A stretch of DNA of 63,689 nucleotides, filler included, from Octopus bimaculoides (Eukaryota), in assembly GCF_001194135.2 (NCBI RefSeq). It is 5 parts of 5 records of this genome, joined end to end, with 100 filler letters (N's around TTAATTAATTAA, not from the genome) between each part and the next. Parts side by side here need not be neighbours in the genome. Positions count along the whole stretch, not along the records: positions 1 to 31,862 come from NC_068986.1; 4 more parts are not named here. The stretch is one strand, 5' to 3'. Each line of letters starts with the position of its first letter. Position 1 is the stretch's first letter. Below, piece after piece: positions 12,439-24,118 of this stretch. The notes under the pieces were generated by a model. The model was given only the letters and a program-made list of their open reading frames with translations. It searched no databases and was not told the DNA's origin. A program made the translations under genes and the position numbers.

Positions 12439-13022
12439 CGCGATCGTATCAAAAGGTTCCCGGACAAGTTCTGTGACGCGCTAACAAAAGGCAACACATG
12501 GTTGCTTACCCAGTGAGAGCTAGCAGTGACCGTTATGAGGCGGTGTGCCGCGTGACACCACTGTGTTTACTTCGCAAGTTGTGAAATGTCTGTTGTTTTT
12601 TTTGTGATCACGTGTATGCTTGTAGTCTGCGAATTTGTCAAGAACAGGAACAAAATAGCCAACGTGAAATTTTGCGTTAAACTTGGGAAGTCTGCTACAG
12701 AGACATTGAGCATGTTTTGGCAAGCTTGCAGCGACGAGGCACTGGGTCGTACGGAATGTTTCGAGTGGCACAAGTGCTTCAGATTTAGTACCTGCGAACT
12801 TCCATCTCTACCCAAAGATGAAAATGTAGCTCAAGGGTTGCCGTTATAACACCGTTGTCGAGATTCAGAGTGAATCGCAGAAGATCCTCGAATGGCATAC
12901 GGAAAAACGACTACCAGGCCAGATTCCAAAAGTGACAGGAACACTGGGACTGGTGTATTGCTGCACGAGGTGACTATTTCGAAGAAGATGATGTTAAAAC
13001 TTAGGTAAATAGATTAAAGCTT
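12439..13022 (+). mobile_element. Internally deleted mariner element (pseudogene)
   Basis: TA-CGCGATCGTATCAAAAGG left end. HTH N-terminus ANVKFCVKLGKSATETLSM...CFEWHKCF is joined to C-terminus NTVVEIQSESQKIL/GIRKNDYQARFQK*QEHWDWCIAARGDYFE; the DDD core is deleted. Confidence 0.9.
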
Positions 13023-13040
13023 ATATAATATTATTATTAA

Positions 13041-13338
13041 TGTGTGTGGTAAGTAGCTTGCTTACTAACAACATGATTCTGGGTTCAGTCCCACTGCGTG
13101 GCACCTTGGGCAAGTGNNNNNNNNNNNNNNNNNNNNNNNNNNNNNNNNNNNNNNNNNNNNNNNNNNNNNNNNNNNNNNNNNNNNNNNNNNNNNNNNNNNN
13201 NNNNNNNNNNNNNNNNGGCAAAAGAGACCGATAGAATAAGTACTAGGCTAACAAAGAATAAGTCCCAGGGTCGATTTGTTCGACTAAAGGCGGTGCTCTA
13301 GCATGGCCGCAGTCGAATGACTGAAACAACTAAAAGAA
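13041..13338 (+). mobile_element. SINE family A spanning a gap
   Basis: Head before and tail after the N-run. Confidence 0.88.
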
Positions 13339-13603
13339 TATATATTCCTCTTGTCATTCTTATAATTGGCGTTTATGATATATTATGCCTTTCATATCTA
13401 ATGTGAACCGTTAGTTTATAATTATGCATAACCCTTGGGATTAAGTAATCTACATAAATAATAAATCGAAGTGTAGTTATTTCATTTATGCTAAACAATA
13501 CTTGAAAACAGACTAATGACTATGCAAATTGCAGATATACCTGATAAATAAATGCAACATATACTGAAGGTAAAAGTGCTGGTTTGAACAGGTAAGACAA
13601 CAA

Positions 13604-13900
13604 AGGCGCAGGTACGGGTGTGTGATTGAGAAGGTTACTTTTAACTCAGGCTTCTTTTAGTTTCCGTCTACCAAATCCACCTGCAAGCCTTTGGTCGACC
13701 CGAGGCTATAGTAGAAGACACTTACTTAGGGTGTCACGCAGTGTGACTGAACCCGGAACCATGTGGTTTGGAAGCAAGCTTCTTACCACAGAGCCACGCC
13801 TGCGCCTACGTGTGTGTGTGTGTGTGTTTATCCCTCACCACCAATTGACAGCCGATGTTGGTTTGTTTACGTCATCGTAACTTAGCTGTTTGACTAAAAC
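13604..13900. mobile_element. Composite family A SINE: old + copy interrupted by a minus-strand head (13649-13807)
   Basis: AGGCGCAGG + head start, then an inverted head+core, then a + tail fragment. Confidence 0.7.
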
Positions 13901-16204
13901 CTTCATGGCCGTACCTAAACATGGATGTAGTTCAACAACCGAAGTCGGTTTGACTATCATTTCAGGGTTTTTGTTGTTTTCTTTTTTTATTCTTGCGAGC
14001 GAGCTAAAACTTGGAATCAGAATAGAATAGCTGACTCTGCTTGCTTACCGCATCTCTCTCTCCCACCCTCCTCTGTCTGTCTGTCTGTCTGTCTGCCTGC
14101 CTCTCTCTTTCTCTATCTCTCTCTCTCTCTCTCTCTTTCTCACCGTCCTCTCCCCCCTCTATTCTCGCTCCCTCTCTCTTTGCCACCATTCTCTCTCTCT
14201 CTATCTCTCATATAATGGAAAAGAATGTCTGTTGACGCAAAAATTAAAGCTATCGTATTTTCATGATCTCACTAAATATATATCAATCTTAGGTAAACTT
14301 ATCTATATTTACTTTAAGTGGTATTATTCTAAGTTTAGCCTTTCGGTTTATTTCACTTGCATCGTTGTGATGCTACTGAAGCCCATACTAAACTACATAT
14401 TAGTCTCGTTGAGCACTCCCACAGGATAAACATTTGGTTTAGTCGAATTAAAAGTGCTTTCTATAGTCCGTGTGTCAAAACACACACGCACGGAGTCAGG
14501 CAGACAGATGGATAGATAGATCTTTGCATATATATATATATATATANNNNNNNNNNNNNNNNNNNNNNNNNNNNNNNNNNNNNNNNNNNNNNNNNNNNNN
14601 NNNNNNNNNNNNNNNNNNNNNNNNNNNNNNNNNNNNNNNNNNNNNNNNNNNNNNNNNNNNNNNNNNNNNNNNNNNNNNNNNNNNNNNNNNNNNNNNNNNN
14701 NNNNNNNNNNNNNNNNNNNNNNNNNNNNNNNNNNNNNNNNNNNNNNNNNNNNNNNNNNNNNNNNNNNNNNNNNNNNNNNNNNNNNNNNNNNNNNNNNNNN
14801 NNNNCATGTGGATGAAGGTATATACATACATGTACATACATATGCATATACTCATATATTGTTTATATATATATATATATGCATATGTAAGTCTGCAGAT
14901 ATATGCATATTTATACATATATACATACGCATGTGTATGTATACACACAAAACACACTCGCGCATACATATATAAAAACATGTATATTTGTATAGGTATG
15001 CATGTGTGTACAAATATGTATAAGTATAAGACTGTATGTATGCATGCATGCATGCATGTATGTATGCATGCATGCATGCATGTATGTATGCATGTATGCA
15101 TGTATGTATGTATGTATGTATGTATGTATGTATGTATGTATGTTTTTGCAGAGCTGTTCTTCGTTCCCTCCCTATCTTTATTACCCCGCTCTCACTCAAT
15201 AAAAATAAACACAAGAACAAGAAGAAAACAATTGAATAGTAAATTTATTGACAAAACAAGCAGGCAACATATTGTATCAAATTTTACTCCAATAGTCAGT
15301 CAGTCCTTCCCACCCTCATTCATTCTCACTCTCTCTTTCTGTATCTCTAATCTCTCTCTCTCCCTCTCAATCTCTTTCTCTCACTCTGTCTTTCGCTTGA
15401 ACAACTTTTACCGCCATCATTTTATTTTATTTTATTCTATTTTCCCTTCTCGTCGTCGTTTCCCTTTCTTTTCACTCTAACCCTATCATCCTATCTTTTA
15501 CATTTTGTTTTGCTTCGTTTTCCTCCTCCTATTTTATTATTTTTTCCCCATCCGCTTTTACATCATTTACTTATTTATTGTGGTCGTTTGCTTTGTTATT
15601 GTTTGGTCGTCTGTTTCTCTCTCTCTCCTTTGCTTCTAGCCGCCATCTTTCCTTTTTTCCCCTGATTTGTTGTACAACCTTCTATTTATTTATTTCTTCA
15701 GTGATATTGTAACTGCTGTTGTAATTGTTGTTGCCGTTGACTTTGTTTTGCTTTTTTATTTATATCTTGTACGTATTTTATTTTCATTTGATTGATTTAT
15801 TTTATCTTCGCTTTTCTCTCTTCAATTATTATTTTTTAAACTTGTTTCCTTTCTCTTTCTCTCTCTGTTCTTTCCCTCTCTCTCTCTCTCTCGCCCTCTC
15901 CCTCGCCCTCTCCCTCGCTCTCCCTCTCCCTCGCTCTCCCTCTCTCTTTCTCACCCTCTCTCTCGCTCTCCCTCTCTCTCTCTAATAACTTTCCTCTCCT
16001 TTTTTTTACTGTGTCAGATTTCAAATGATAAACGACATTTCCTAAAACTCCTCTATTTCTTTTCCTATGATGTATTTCAATCTTTTGGGAAAGAAGGAAG
16101 AAAAATGACATCATTTGCTATTAAATCTAGTTAATACCGCGAAGAACTGGGGACCCGCCAGGAAGAAAGATGGTGTGTTTATATGTACATACGCATGTGT
16201 GTGT

Positions 16205-16239
<35 letters not shown>

Positions 16240-16489
16240 GGTTGCCGGGGGACAAGGCTCTTGTGGATTGAGATTCCTGGTGACGGTGTCGATGGAGAAG
16301 CAGCATGTTGTTGGTGATTGTTGTGGTGGTGGCGGTGGTGGTGATCACCATCATGATTATGTTGATTATTATGATTGTTGTTTGTGGTGGAAGGAAATTG
16401 GTGGGGGGGGGGGNNNNNNNNNNTTTGTTTTTTAATGCTCGACCGAAAAATTTCCTGTGTGCATTGTGTTAAATTGTTTAAATAACACC

Positions 16490-16538
<49 letters not shown>

Positions 16539-17302
16539 GTGGTGGTGGTGTTGGTGTTTTCAACTTAGATTTATTCCGTCGGAATAGCTGGAAAGTCAAG
16601 AGATGTGGTGTGGGTATGTTCCTTTGACAAACCATAATATTTCATTTTTATTTCGCCAGGTCAATCAATCCCTCTTTCTCTTTTCTCTCTCTCTCTATCG
16701 ACTTATCCCTATTTTTCTTGTCTTTTTCCTCTTCTTTCATCTCTTCCCCGTTCCCTCCTCTCTGTCTCCCTCTCCCTCTCTCTCTTGCTTATTCTTACTC
16801 TCTCTTTCCCCTCTCATCTATCAACCTTTTTGCAATTCATTATTCATTTACTCTTATTTTTAACCTTTTACGCTCCCCCCTCTCTCTCTCTCTTTCTTTC
16901 TTTATCTCTTCCTCTTTTTTTACTCCTCCCTTCCTCTCATTTTACCTTTTGCACTAGTCTTCCTTCTTCTCTCTCTCTCTCTCTCTCTCCCTTCCTTCTC
17001 TCTCTCTCTCCACTAGCTCGTCAGTCTCCATCTATTTCGTCAGCATTACTCTTTCCTCTTGCCGTTTCCCCCGCTTCCTTTCTCTCTCTCTCTAATTATA
17101 TCTGTCGTTATCTCTCTCACCCCTATTCTCTCCCTTTTCCCTCTGCCGTACCTAATAACATAAAATCCAGCTTATATACTGTTATTTGATATCGCTTGAG
17201 GTCGTTTGCTATCTTCTACCACAAACGTAAGATATCTCTACAATATACGATATTTACTGGCGTATAAGTCGCACCCATAATTTATTTATTTATTTATTTA
17301 TT

Positions 17303-17520
17303 TATTTCAGTCGTTTTACTGCGGCCATGCTAGGGGCACCGCCTTGAATTTTTAATCGAACAAATCGACTCCAGAATTTTATTTTTTTGTTAAGCCTGGT
17401 ACTTATTCTATCATTCTCTTTTGCCGAATCGCTAAGTTACTGCAACGTAAACACATCAACACCGATTGTCAAGCGGTGGTGGAGGGACAAACACAGATAC
17501 AAAGACACACACAGATATAT
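17303..17520 (-). mobile_element. SINE family A tail half
   Basis: Reverse-complement tail; the head is absent, with the palindrome in its place. Confidence 0.85.
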
Positions 17521-17535
17521 ACATACACATATACT

Positions 17536-17842
17536 TACGTATCATAATTTCGTTTTTAACACTTGCAAAATGCAAATATCTGTAACTCCTCAGCGTAGCC
17601 TGTCGTATTTCAAAACATATTTCACAGAAACTATACACAGAAACGTTCACCCGAAAGAAAACTCATGTACAGTTCTGCAAAATACCACCAAATATATTTT
17701 GCAGAACTGTACATGAGTTTTCTGTCGGGTGAACGTTTGTGTGTATAGTTCTGTGAAATATGTTTTGAAATACGACAGGCTACGCTGAGGAGTTACAGAT
17801 ATTTGCATTTTGTAAGTGTTTATAACGAAATCATGATACGTA
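17536..17842. repeat. Near-perfect 307-bp inverted repeat (149/148-bp arms, 10-nt loop)
   Basis: 17536-17684 pairs with 17695-17842, about 7 differences by hand alignment. Confidence 0.97.
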
Positions 17843-18014
17843 GGTAATCCTTTCATTTTGTATATTTTCATTTGTCTAATTTTTACATTCTGGCGTTTGC
17901 TGAGATTTTTTTTCTTGAGAACGCACTCTTCGTGGTAAGACGATTTGACGTCTATCTTTAGCATATAGGAATCCACTTTAGTGGTCATTCCTCTTATTAA
18001 TTGTATATATATAT

Positions 18015-18184
18015 AATCAACAATTTACGATGGGGAAAATAAAACGAAAGACGGATAGTGTAACTAGGTTAGACAGACAGCTGGATGGACATAGAGTTAA
18101 AGTTGATATTTAACAATATTTTATAGTCTAACCCAGTTAAATTATCCGTGTTTCGTTTCATTTTCCCCATCGTTTAATTGGTTT
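18015..18184. mobile_element. Small MITE with ~59-bp TIRs
   Basis: ACGATGGGGAAAAT...GGTTAGAC pairs with GTCTAACC...ATTTTCCCCATCGT. Confidence 0.8.
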
Positions 18185-18962
18185 ATTATTATTATTATTA
18201 TTATTATTGTTATTATTAATTATTGTTGTAACTTTTTTAATTTTTGACATTCTCTCAATGGTATCTTTTTACTCAATCACTCATCACCAACAATCACCCA
18301 TCACCAACAATCACTCATCACCAACAAAATTAAAACCGTCATTGTCACTCTTTCTTCCTACTTCGTTACAACTACCGACACAAACTGCCATATTTCATGA
18401 GTTTTTTTAATGAACAAATAAATAAACAACAAAACTATACATAAATAAACGGATAGATAGATAGATAGATAGATAGCAACAAAGCTGTATTTTAAGGCGC
18501 TGTGTGAATTAACAAACAGATCTGTCTTCCAGAAACACGGTCCTCATACACAATGTATTGTCACAAGTCTGCTGGGTCAGTTCTTTCACAAACACGCGTG
18601 TGTGCGCATTCGATGACAATGGTCGGAGAAAATAGTAGAGTATCATGTTATTATTTAGCCTTATGCTAGCCTCTTCCCCAACATATCTATGATCAAAGAT
18701 GTTCTTTAACTTTCAATGTACTTTTTATTGATATAAGGTTTCTATAATTATTTTATCAACGCGTTTATTTTCTAGAAAGAAAGGGCAATTTGGTTAGAGA
18801 AGAACCCGGGTTTTAACAGATAATGTGGAGACCATTTAGAGTCTTTTTCACATTACTATTAAACGAGGCGGACACTAGTAGCGATTTCTTTTTTGTTTTT
18901 CTTCTTTGTCATATGTACGTCGTCCAGTCATTCACGACATATGTCAGCCATATTGATTTGTG

Positions 18963-19171
18963 AATTTTGGCACTAGGCCTGAGATCTTTTAGGAGAGGGT
19001 CCTCGTACCCGTTGAGCAACCATAATACTCAACTAGTACTTATTCTATCGACCCCAAAAGATGAAAGGTAAAGTCGACATCTGTGAAATTTGAACTCAGA
19101 ACGTGAAGACGGACGAAATACTGCTACATGTTTTGCTCGGCATGCCAACGATTCTGCCAATTTGCCGCCTT
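18963..19171 (-). mobile_element. SINE family B
   Basis: Head, central domain and degenerate tail. Confidence 0.85.
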
Positions 19172-19499
19172 ATAGATGTTAATCATATTAAATTTTTTTT
19201 TAATGAAGTTAACAACTGAAAATAAAAATGCAATTTATGTTGTAGCATAGATTATCCTAAGTTATTATTCATCTGTCTAAATCCGAAATCCAGGGGTTTT
19301 AGGTATGGCTGGGTGAGGGAATATTTCAATGTAATAAATGACTACAACTGTATATTATCGAATTAGGTCAATTTTCAGGCTGTCATCAAGAACAATTTGA
19401 TAACAGCAACACCGTAGTTCGATTTCAAGCAACAAATATCTTGTTACTACACCAACACCACCTAAACCATCATGAACCAACAAAAGAGCCTCGAGGCAG

Positions 19500-19678
19500 T
19501 CCACTGTATCTACTAGAAATAGCCCCCTAATCTCCTTCTTATATCCTACTGTCTTTAATAAGGAAACGACACATTACATAATGTAGTGCCACAAGCTTTC
19601 AAAGGACCTGGTCATGGTTGAAATACCTTCGATCGTAGCTTTGTTCAATCGGGGCTGAGTTGGGGGCTAGACAACAAC
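19500..19678 (+). repeat. Dispersed repeat (related fragments about 1880-2030, 18640-18720 minus, 58080-58110)
   Basis: CTACTAGAAATAGC...GGTCATGGTTGAAATACC...GGGGCTAGACAACAAC motifs recur. Confidence 0.55.
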
Positions 19679-19799
19679 CATAATCATGAAAGCAACTATT
19701 TCAAACAGAAGCATGAGGTTAGAAATTAAAGGGTGGGGTAAATTAGATTAAATCTACCCCAGTACTTGATCTTTTCTTTTAAGTCCTTCGCTCCCAATG

Positions 19800-19990
19800 A
19801 AACATAACCCATCGAAGACTTTTCTTCAATGTTTTCGGCTGCGGGCTATCGTGTTATTGTCTGCATCTAAAGTGTTAGATCTTTGCCTTTTCAGCTTGTC
19901 ATAGTATCTAGCGTCGCATGTTTCCAAAGGGGAAGGCCTTCCCCTCCCAGGTCTTGTTAGTTTTGAAATGGCATCAATGCTTCTATAACT
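19800..19990 (-). mobile_element. Possible RTE-type LINE ORF 3' remnant
   Basis: Translation ...RPGRGRP...IARSRKH*RKVF (TGA in place of W) resembles the RTE C-terminal RGRP...LA-DR-x-x-WR motifs. Confidence 0.4.
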
Positions 19991-20305
19991 TAGCTTTTTT
20001 TTTTGTGTAAAGGTATTGGCCGTGCACAAATACATTGTCTCTGGGAAACGATTCTCCATATTGATCTGGCATCTACTCTTTGCTCTATTTACAAGCAAGG
20101 GTAGACGGAAACTGTATGGAAACCTATTGAATGGATTTCTGTTTGAAATTCAAAAGTCCGGCTTTGTCACTTGTATGTTTGTGTTAGGCTGGTTCTGCTT
20201 GAGGACTGAGTTAAGGGTACTCAGCCAATAAGGCCTTAATTCAATGAGGCACGAAAAAACATCACACCGCAACAAGGACTAGACCTGTTGGTGGCAGTAC
20301 ATTAT

Positions 20306-20433
20306 TAGTACTTTATTTATCGATCCCGAACGGATGAAAGACAATGGTAACCTCGGCGGGATTTGAAACCAGGACTTAAAGAGCCGGGACAAATAACGTA
20401 AGGTATTTTGTCCGACGCCGTAACGATTCTGCC
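20306..20433 (-). mobile_element. SINE family B, partial
   Basis: TTTATCGATCCCGAACGGATGAAAG...TAACGATTCTGCC. Confidence 0.8.
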
Positions 20434-20459
20434 CTTAACAACGATACCAATATCAATTG

Positions 20460-20810
20460 ATCCCATTTGCTGAGTGTACCACCATCACCATGGAGACAAA
20501 GGTTATAGGGCATCCCTCCGACTGTCACCACCACCGCCACCATCCTCGTCATCATCATCATCAGCAGCAGCATCCACATCACCACAAACACTATCATTAT
20601 CACGATTATCAAAATCATCATCATCGTCGTCATCATCATCATCACCAACAACACCACCACCATCATTATCATCACCATAACCACGACACTACAACACTAC
20701 CGCCACCACTACAACTGCAACAATTGCCCTATTACCACTACCACCACCACCATCATCTCAACAACAACTTCACTATTACTACTACAACTAATACCATTCC
20801 GACAGTACCT
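20460..20810. repeat. Mosaic (CAT/CAC/CAA/CTA)n trinucleotide tract
   Basis: Direct inspection. Confidence 0.9.
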
Positions 20811-20975
20811 GTCTAAGCATCATCTATCTACCGTGTACAAGCTGTGCCGTATAGTGCAATGTGAAGGATAATTGGAGGGATATCACTGATCGTTCTTTGA
20901 TTTATAGATTTATCACACTGGGCTTCTGATTTCTAGATTCAATGGTGGTTGTCTCTCTCTCTCTCTCTCTATCTC

Positions 20976-21024
<49 letters not shown>

Positions 21025-21205
21025 GTGTGTGTTAATTATCAAGTTAGCAGGATATGGAATGTGTAAATATATCTGTCTATACATATATGAATGTATGTAT
21101 GTACATACGTATATAAATGCATACACACACATATACATGTGTGTGTCCTAGTGTTTGTGTGCGTGCGCGGGCGGCGTATGTGAATTTAGTTCAACATCTC
21201 TGTTC

Positions 21206-21236
<31 letters not shown>

Positions 21237-21302
21237 ATGTGTGTGTGAGAGAGAGAGAGAGAAAGACCGTTTGCTTTATAGTGTATGCATTTGTGTATCA
21301 TA

Positions 21303-21478
21303 CTCTTTTACTTGTTTCAGTCATTTGACTGCGGCCATGCTGGAGCACCGCCTTTAGTCGAGAAAATCGACCCCAGGACTTATTCTCTGTAAGCCTAGTA
21401 CTTATTCTATCGGTCTCTAAGTTACGGGGACGTAAACACACCAGCATCGGTTGTCAAGTGTGGGGGGGACAAACACAC

Positions 21479-21509
<31 letters not shown>

Positions 21510-21675
21510 CACGACGAGCTTCTTTCAGTTTCCGTCAACCAAATCCACTCACAAGGCTTTGGTCGGCCCGAGGCTATTGAAGAAGACACTTGCCCAAGGT
21601 GCCACGCAGTGGGAGTGAACCCGGAACCATGTGGTTGGTAAGCAAGCTACTTACCACACAGCCACTCCTTCGCCT
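21303..21675 (-). mobile_element. SINE family A, full length, little diverged
   Basis: Complete reverse complement, closely similar to 22226-22629. Confidence 0.95.
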
Positions 21676-21831
21676 GCGTATATGTTATTGATGTATGCAT
21701 GGTGTATGTTCACTGGTCACTACGATCCCTTTCATTTTTCTTCTGACTCTCTGGACGTCACTGAACACCCTTATTTTTATCTCTTCTGTCCACTCTCTCA
21801 CAATCTTGTCCGCTGTATTTAATGGTTTTAG

Positions 21832-21937
21832 TTCTTTACATCGACGAAGCAATTGCTTGTGACTTGCAAGAAAAGCCTTACTATGTTAAATTGTCCAGCC
21901 TTACGGAAACATCTGTCTCCCAGCGAATACATAGCAG
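21832..21937 (+). CDS. Candidate exon 1 of an unnamed spliced ORF
   Basis: Pyrimidine tract + TTTTAG acceptor, CAG|GTGTAT donor (weak), open frame FFTSTKQLLVTCKKSLTMLNCPALRKHLSPSEYIA, ends phase 1. Confidence 0.25.
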
Positions 21938-22225
21938 GTGTATACTTACTCAACTCTGGTCTACCCTTACGTTTGGTTATGTATTCCATACTCTTCTTTA
22001 TATCGAGTATTTATCAACTCACTGATATTTCTAATTACACACACGCACACACATTCACATGTACGCACACGCACACACATGCACACATACACGCGTAAAT
22101 CATAACCGTTGAAATGTCTTATAACTTTCGGCGCACTATCGTCCTTCACAGCAACATTTCTCATAGGAGGACAGCCCCACTCTCATGGAGGAGCCTGTAG
22201 GAATTGAAAATGGGTCGGACTACTC

Positions 22226-22374
22226 CTGTGTGGTAAGTAGCTTGCTTACCAGCCACATGGTTCCGGGTTCAGTCCCACTGCATGGCACCTCGGGCAAGTG
22301 TCTTCTGCTATAGCCTCGGGTCGACCAAAGCCTTGTGAGTGGATTTGGTAGACGGAAACTGAAAGAAGCCTGTC

Positions 22375-22428
<54 letters not shown>

Positions 22429-22629
22429 TTGTGTGCCTGTGTTTGTCCCCCCCACCATCGCTTGACAACCGATGCTGGTGTGTTTACGTCCCCGTAACTT
22501 AGCGGTTCGGCCAAAAGAGACCGATAGAATAAGTACTAGGCTTCCAAAGAATGTCCTGGGGTCGATTTGCTCGACTAAAGGTGGTGCTCCAGCATGACCG
22601 CAGTCAAATGACTGAAACAAGTAAAAGAG
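22226..22629 (+). mobile_element. SINE family A, near full length
   Basis: Head, core, microsatellite and tail all present. Confidence 0.95.
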
Positions 22630-22734
22630 TCATATTAAATGAAATTACAACTGATTTAAACTTTGTAAACGTGTGCTAAGCTTTTAAGAAAGAAGTATTA
22701 TGTGGAAACAAACATCATTTTCTCTTTAATACAG

Positions 22735-22785
22735 AGGAGTGGAAGGCAAAAAGTTGTCCTCTCATAGTTGATGGGGTGGTAGCTG
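22735..22785 (+). CDS. Candidate exon 2
   Basis: Strong acceptor CATTTTCTCTTTAATACAG, donor CTG|GTATTT, only open frame EWKAKSCPLIVDGVVA, phase 1-1. Confidence 0.3.
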
Positions 22786-23000
22786 GTATTTGTCACTTCG
22801 ACAACCACTGTGTTTAGACTTCATTGTTACACGTATACACACATACATATGCACACACAACTATACCAACATACTTTGAAAGTTCCCTCTAATTTTTTAT
22901 ATAGCCAATGAACACAAAAATCTTATAATTAATAGCGACAGTAGTATTACTACGAAAAGGCAATCTTTATCTCCAACTTAACTGAGATGTTGTGTTATAG

Positions 23001-23032
23001 ATCAAATAAAACTGCGTTATTTACCTCAGGAG
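23001..23032 (+). CDS. Candidate exon 3
   Basis: TTGTGTTATAG acceptor, consensus donor GAG|GTAAGT, frame QIKLRYLPQE. Confidence 0.35.
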
Positions 23033-23091
23033 GTAAGTTATAACAGAGAGATTTTGTTTGGTTTGATAGAGTAATTGTGTTCATTGTCAAG

Positions 23092-23129
23092 CGTGGAAGT
23101 AGCTGTGTAAACAGATGCGTCGAATTCAG
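23092..23129 (+). CDS. Candidate exon 4
   Basis: TTCATTGTCAAG acceptor, CAG|GTAACG donor, only open frame RGSSCVNRCVEF. Confidence 0.3.
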
Positions 23130-23184
23130 GTAACGGTATTTTTGTATAGCAAGTTGATTTTTTTTCTTTTTGCTTGTGTTTTAG

Positions 23185-23242
23185 GGTTCACAGAACAATG
23201 TTTGTAGATGAATTGATTGGTCGCTCAATATGTCAGACTTAG
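23185..23242 (+). CDS. Candidate terminal exon 5
   Basis: Very strong acceptor TTTTTCTTTTTGCTTGTGTTTTAG; in-phase frame VHRTMFVDELIGRSICQT*. Confidence 0.3.
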
Positions 23243-23504
23243 TGTTGGCGTTATTAAACTTCTATTTAAAAAAATGTTAAAGCTGTTTGTTTGAGGAAGA
23301 TAGGATTGAAAGATATTGCTACTACAAATATGTATTAAGGTTTTCTAATCTGTTTCTAATGAGGTTATTTGTATTTTTATTTATATTATTGTAGACAAAT
23401 GCCTTCACGTAACAGTTTAATACACATTTTACTTAAAAAAATATTAAGTAATCCCTCAGTTACATGTTAAATTATTTTTGTATATAATTTGACAAAACTG
23501 CATG

Positions 23505-23756
23505 GCAACCAATGCCTTGTGCAGATTTGGTCGACAGAAGTTGAAAGAAACTCGTTATATGAATATATATGTGTCGTTGTATCTGTGTTTGTCAACAGGT
23601 GTTGGTGTGTTTACGTCGCCGTAACTTAGTGGTTCAGCAAAAGAGACCGATAAAATAAGAACTAGGCTTTAAAATATAAGTACTGGGGTCTATTCGTTCG
23701 ATCAAAATTCTTCGAGCGGTGCCCTAGCATACCCACAGTCTAATGATTGAAACAAA
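23505..23756 (+). mobile_element. SINE family A, 5'-truncated
   Basis: Core end plus tail. Confidence 0.8.
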
Positions 23757-23772
23757 TTATATATATATATAT

Positions 23773-24118
23773 GGAGGAGCAGTGGCTCAGCGGACTCGCT
23801 GTCGCAGGATCGCGGTTTCGATTCCCAGACCGGGCATTGTGTTCATGGAGCGAAAACACCTAAAGCTCCACGAGGCTCCAGTAGGAGGTGGTGGCGAACG
23901 TTGTTGTACTCTTTCCCCACGACTTTCTCTCACTCTTTCTTCCTGTTTCTGTTGTGCCTGTATTTCAAAGGGCCAGCCTTGTCACATTGTGTGTCACGCT
24001 GAATCTCCCCCGAGAACTACGCTAAGGGTACACGTGTTTGTGGTGTGCTCAGCCACTTACACGTTAATTTCACAAGCAGGCTGTTCCGTTGATCGAATAA
24101 ATTGGAACCCTCGTCGAC
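23773..24118 (+). mobile_element. tRNA-derived SINE family C
   Basis: GGTTTCGATTCCCAGACC B-box; body and tail match 30631-31012. Confidence 0.92.

Noticed and set aside
21690-21890. Minus-strand open frame HSKAFLASHKQLLRRCKELKPLNTADKIVREW...
   Set aside because: No start codon, no convincing splice sites, no recognisable motif; it overlaps the better-supported plus candidate exon.
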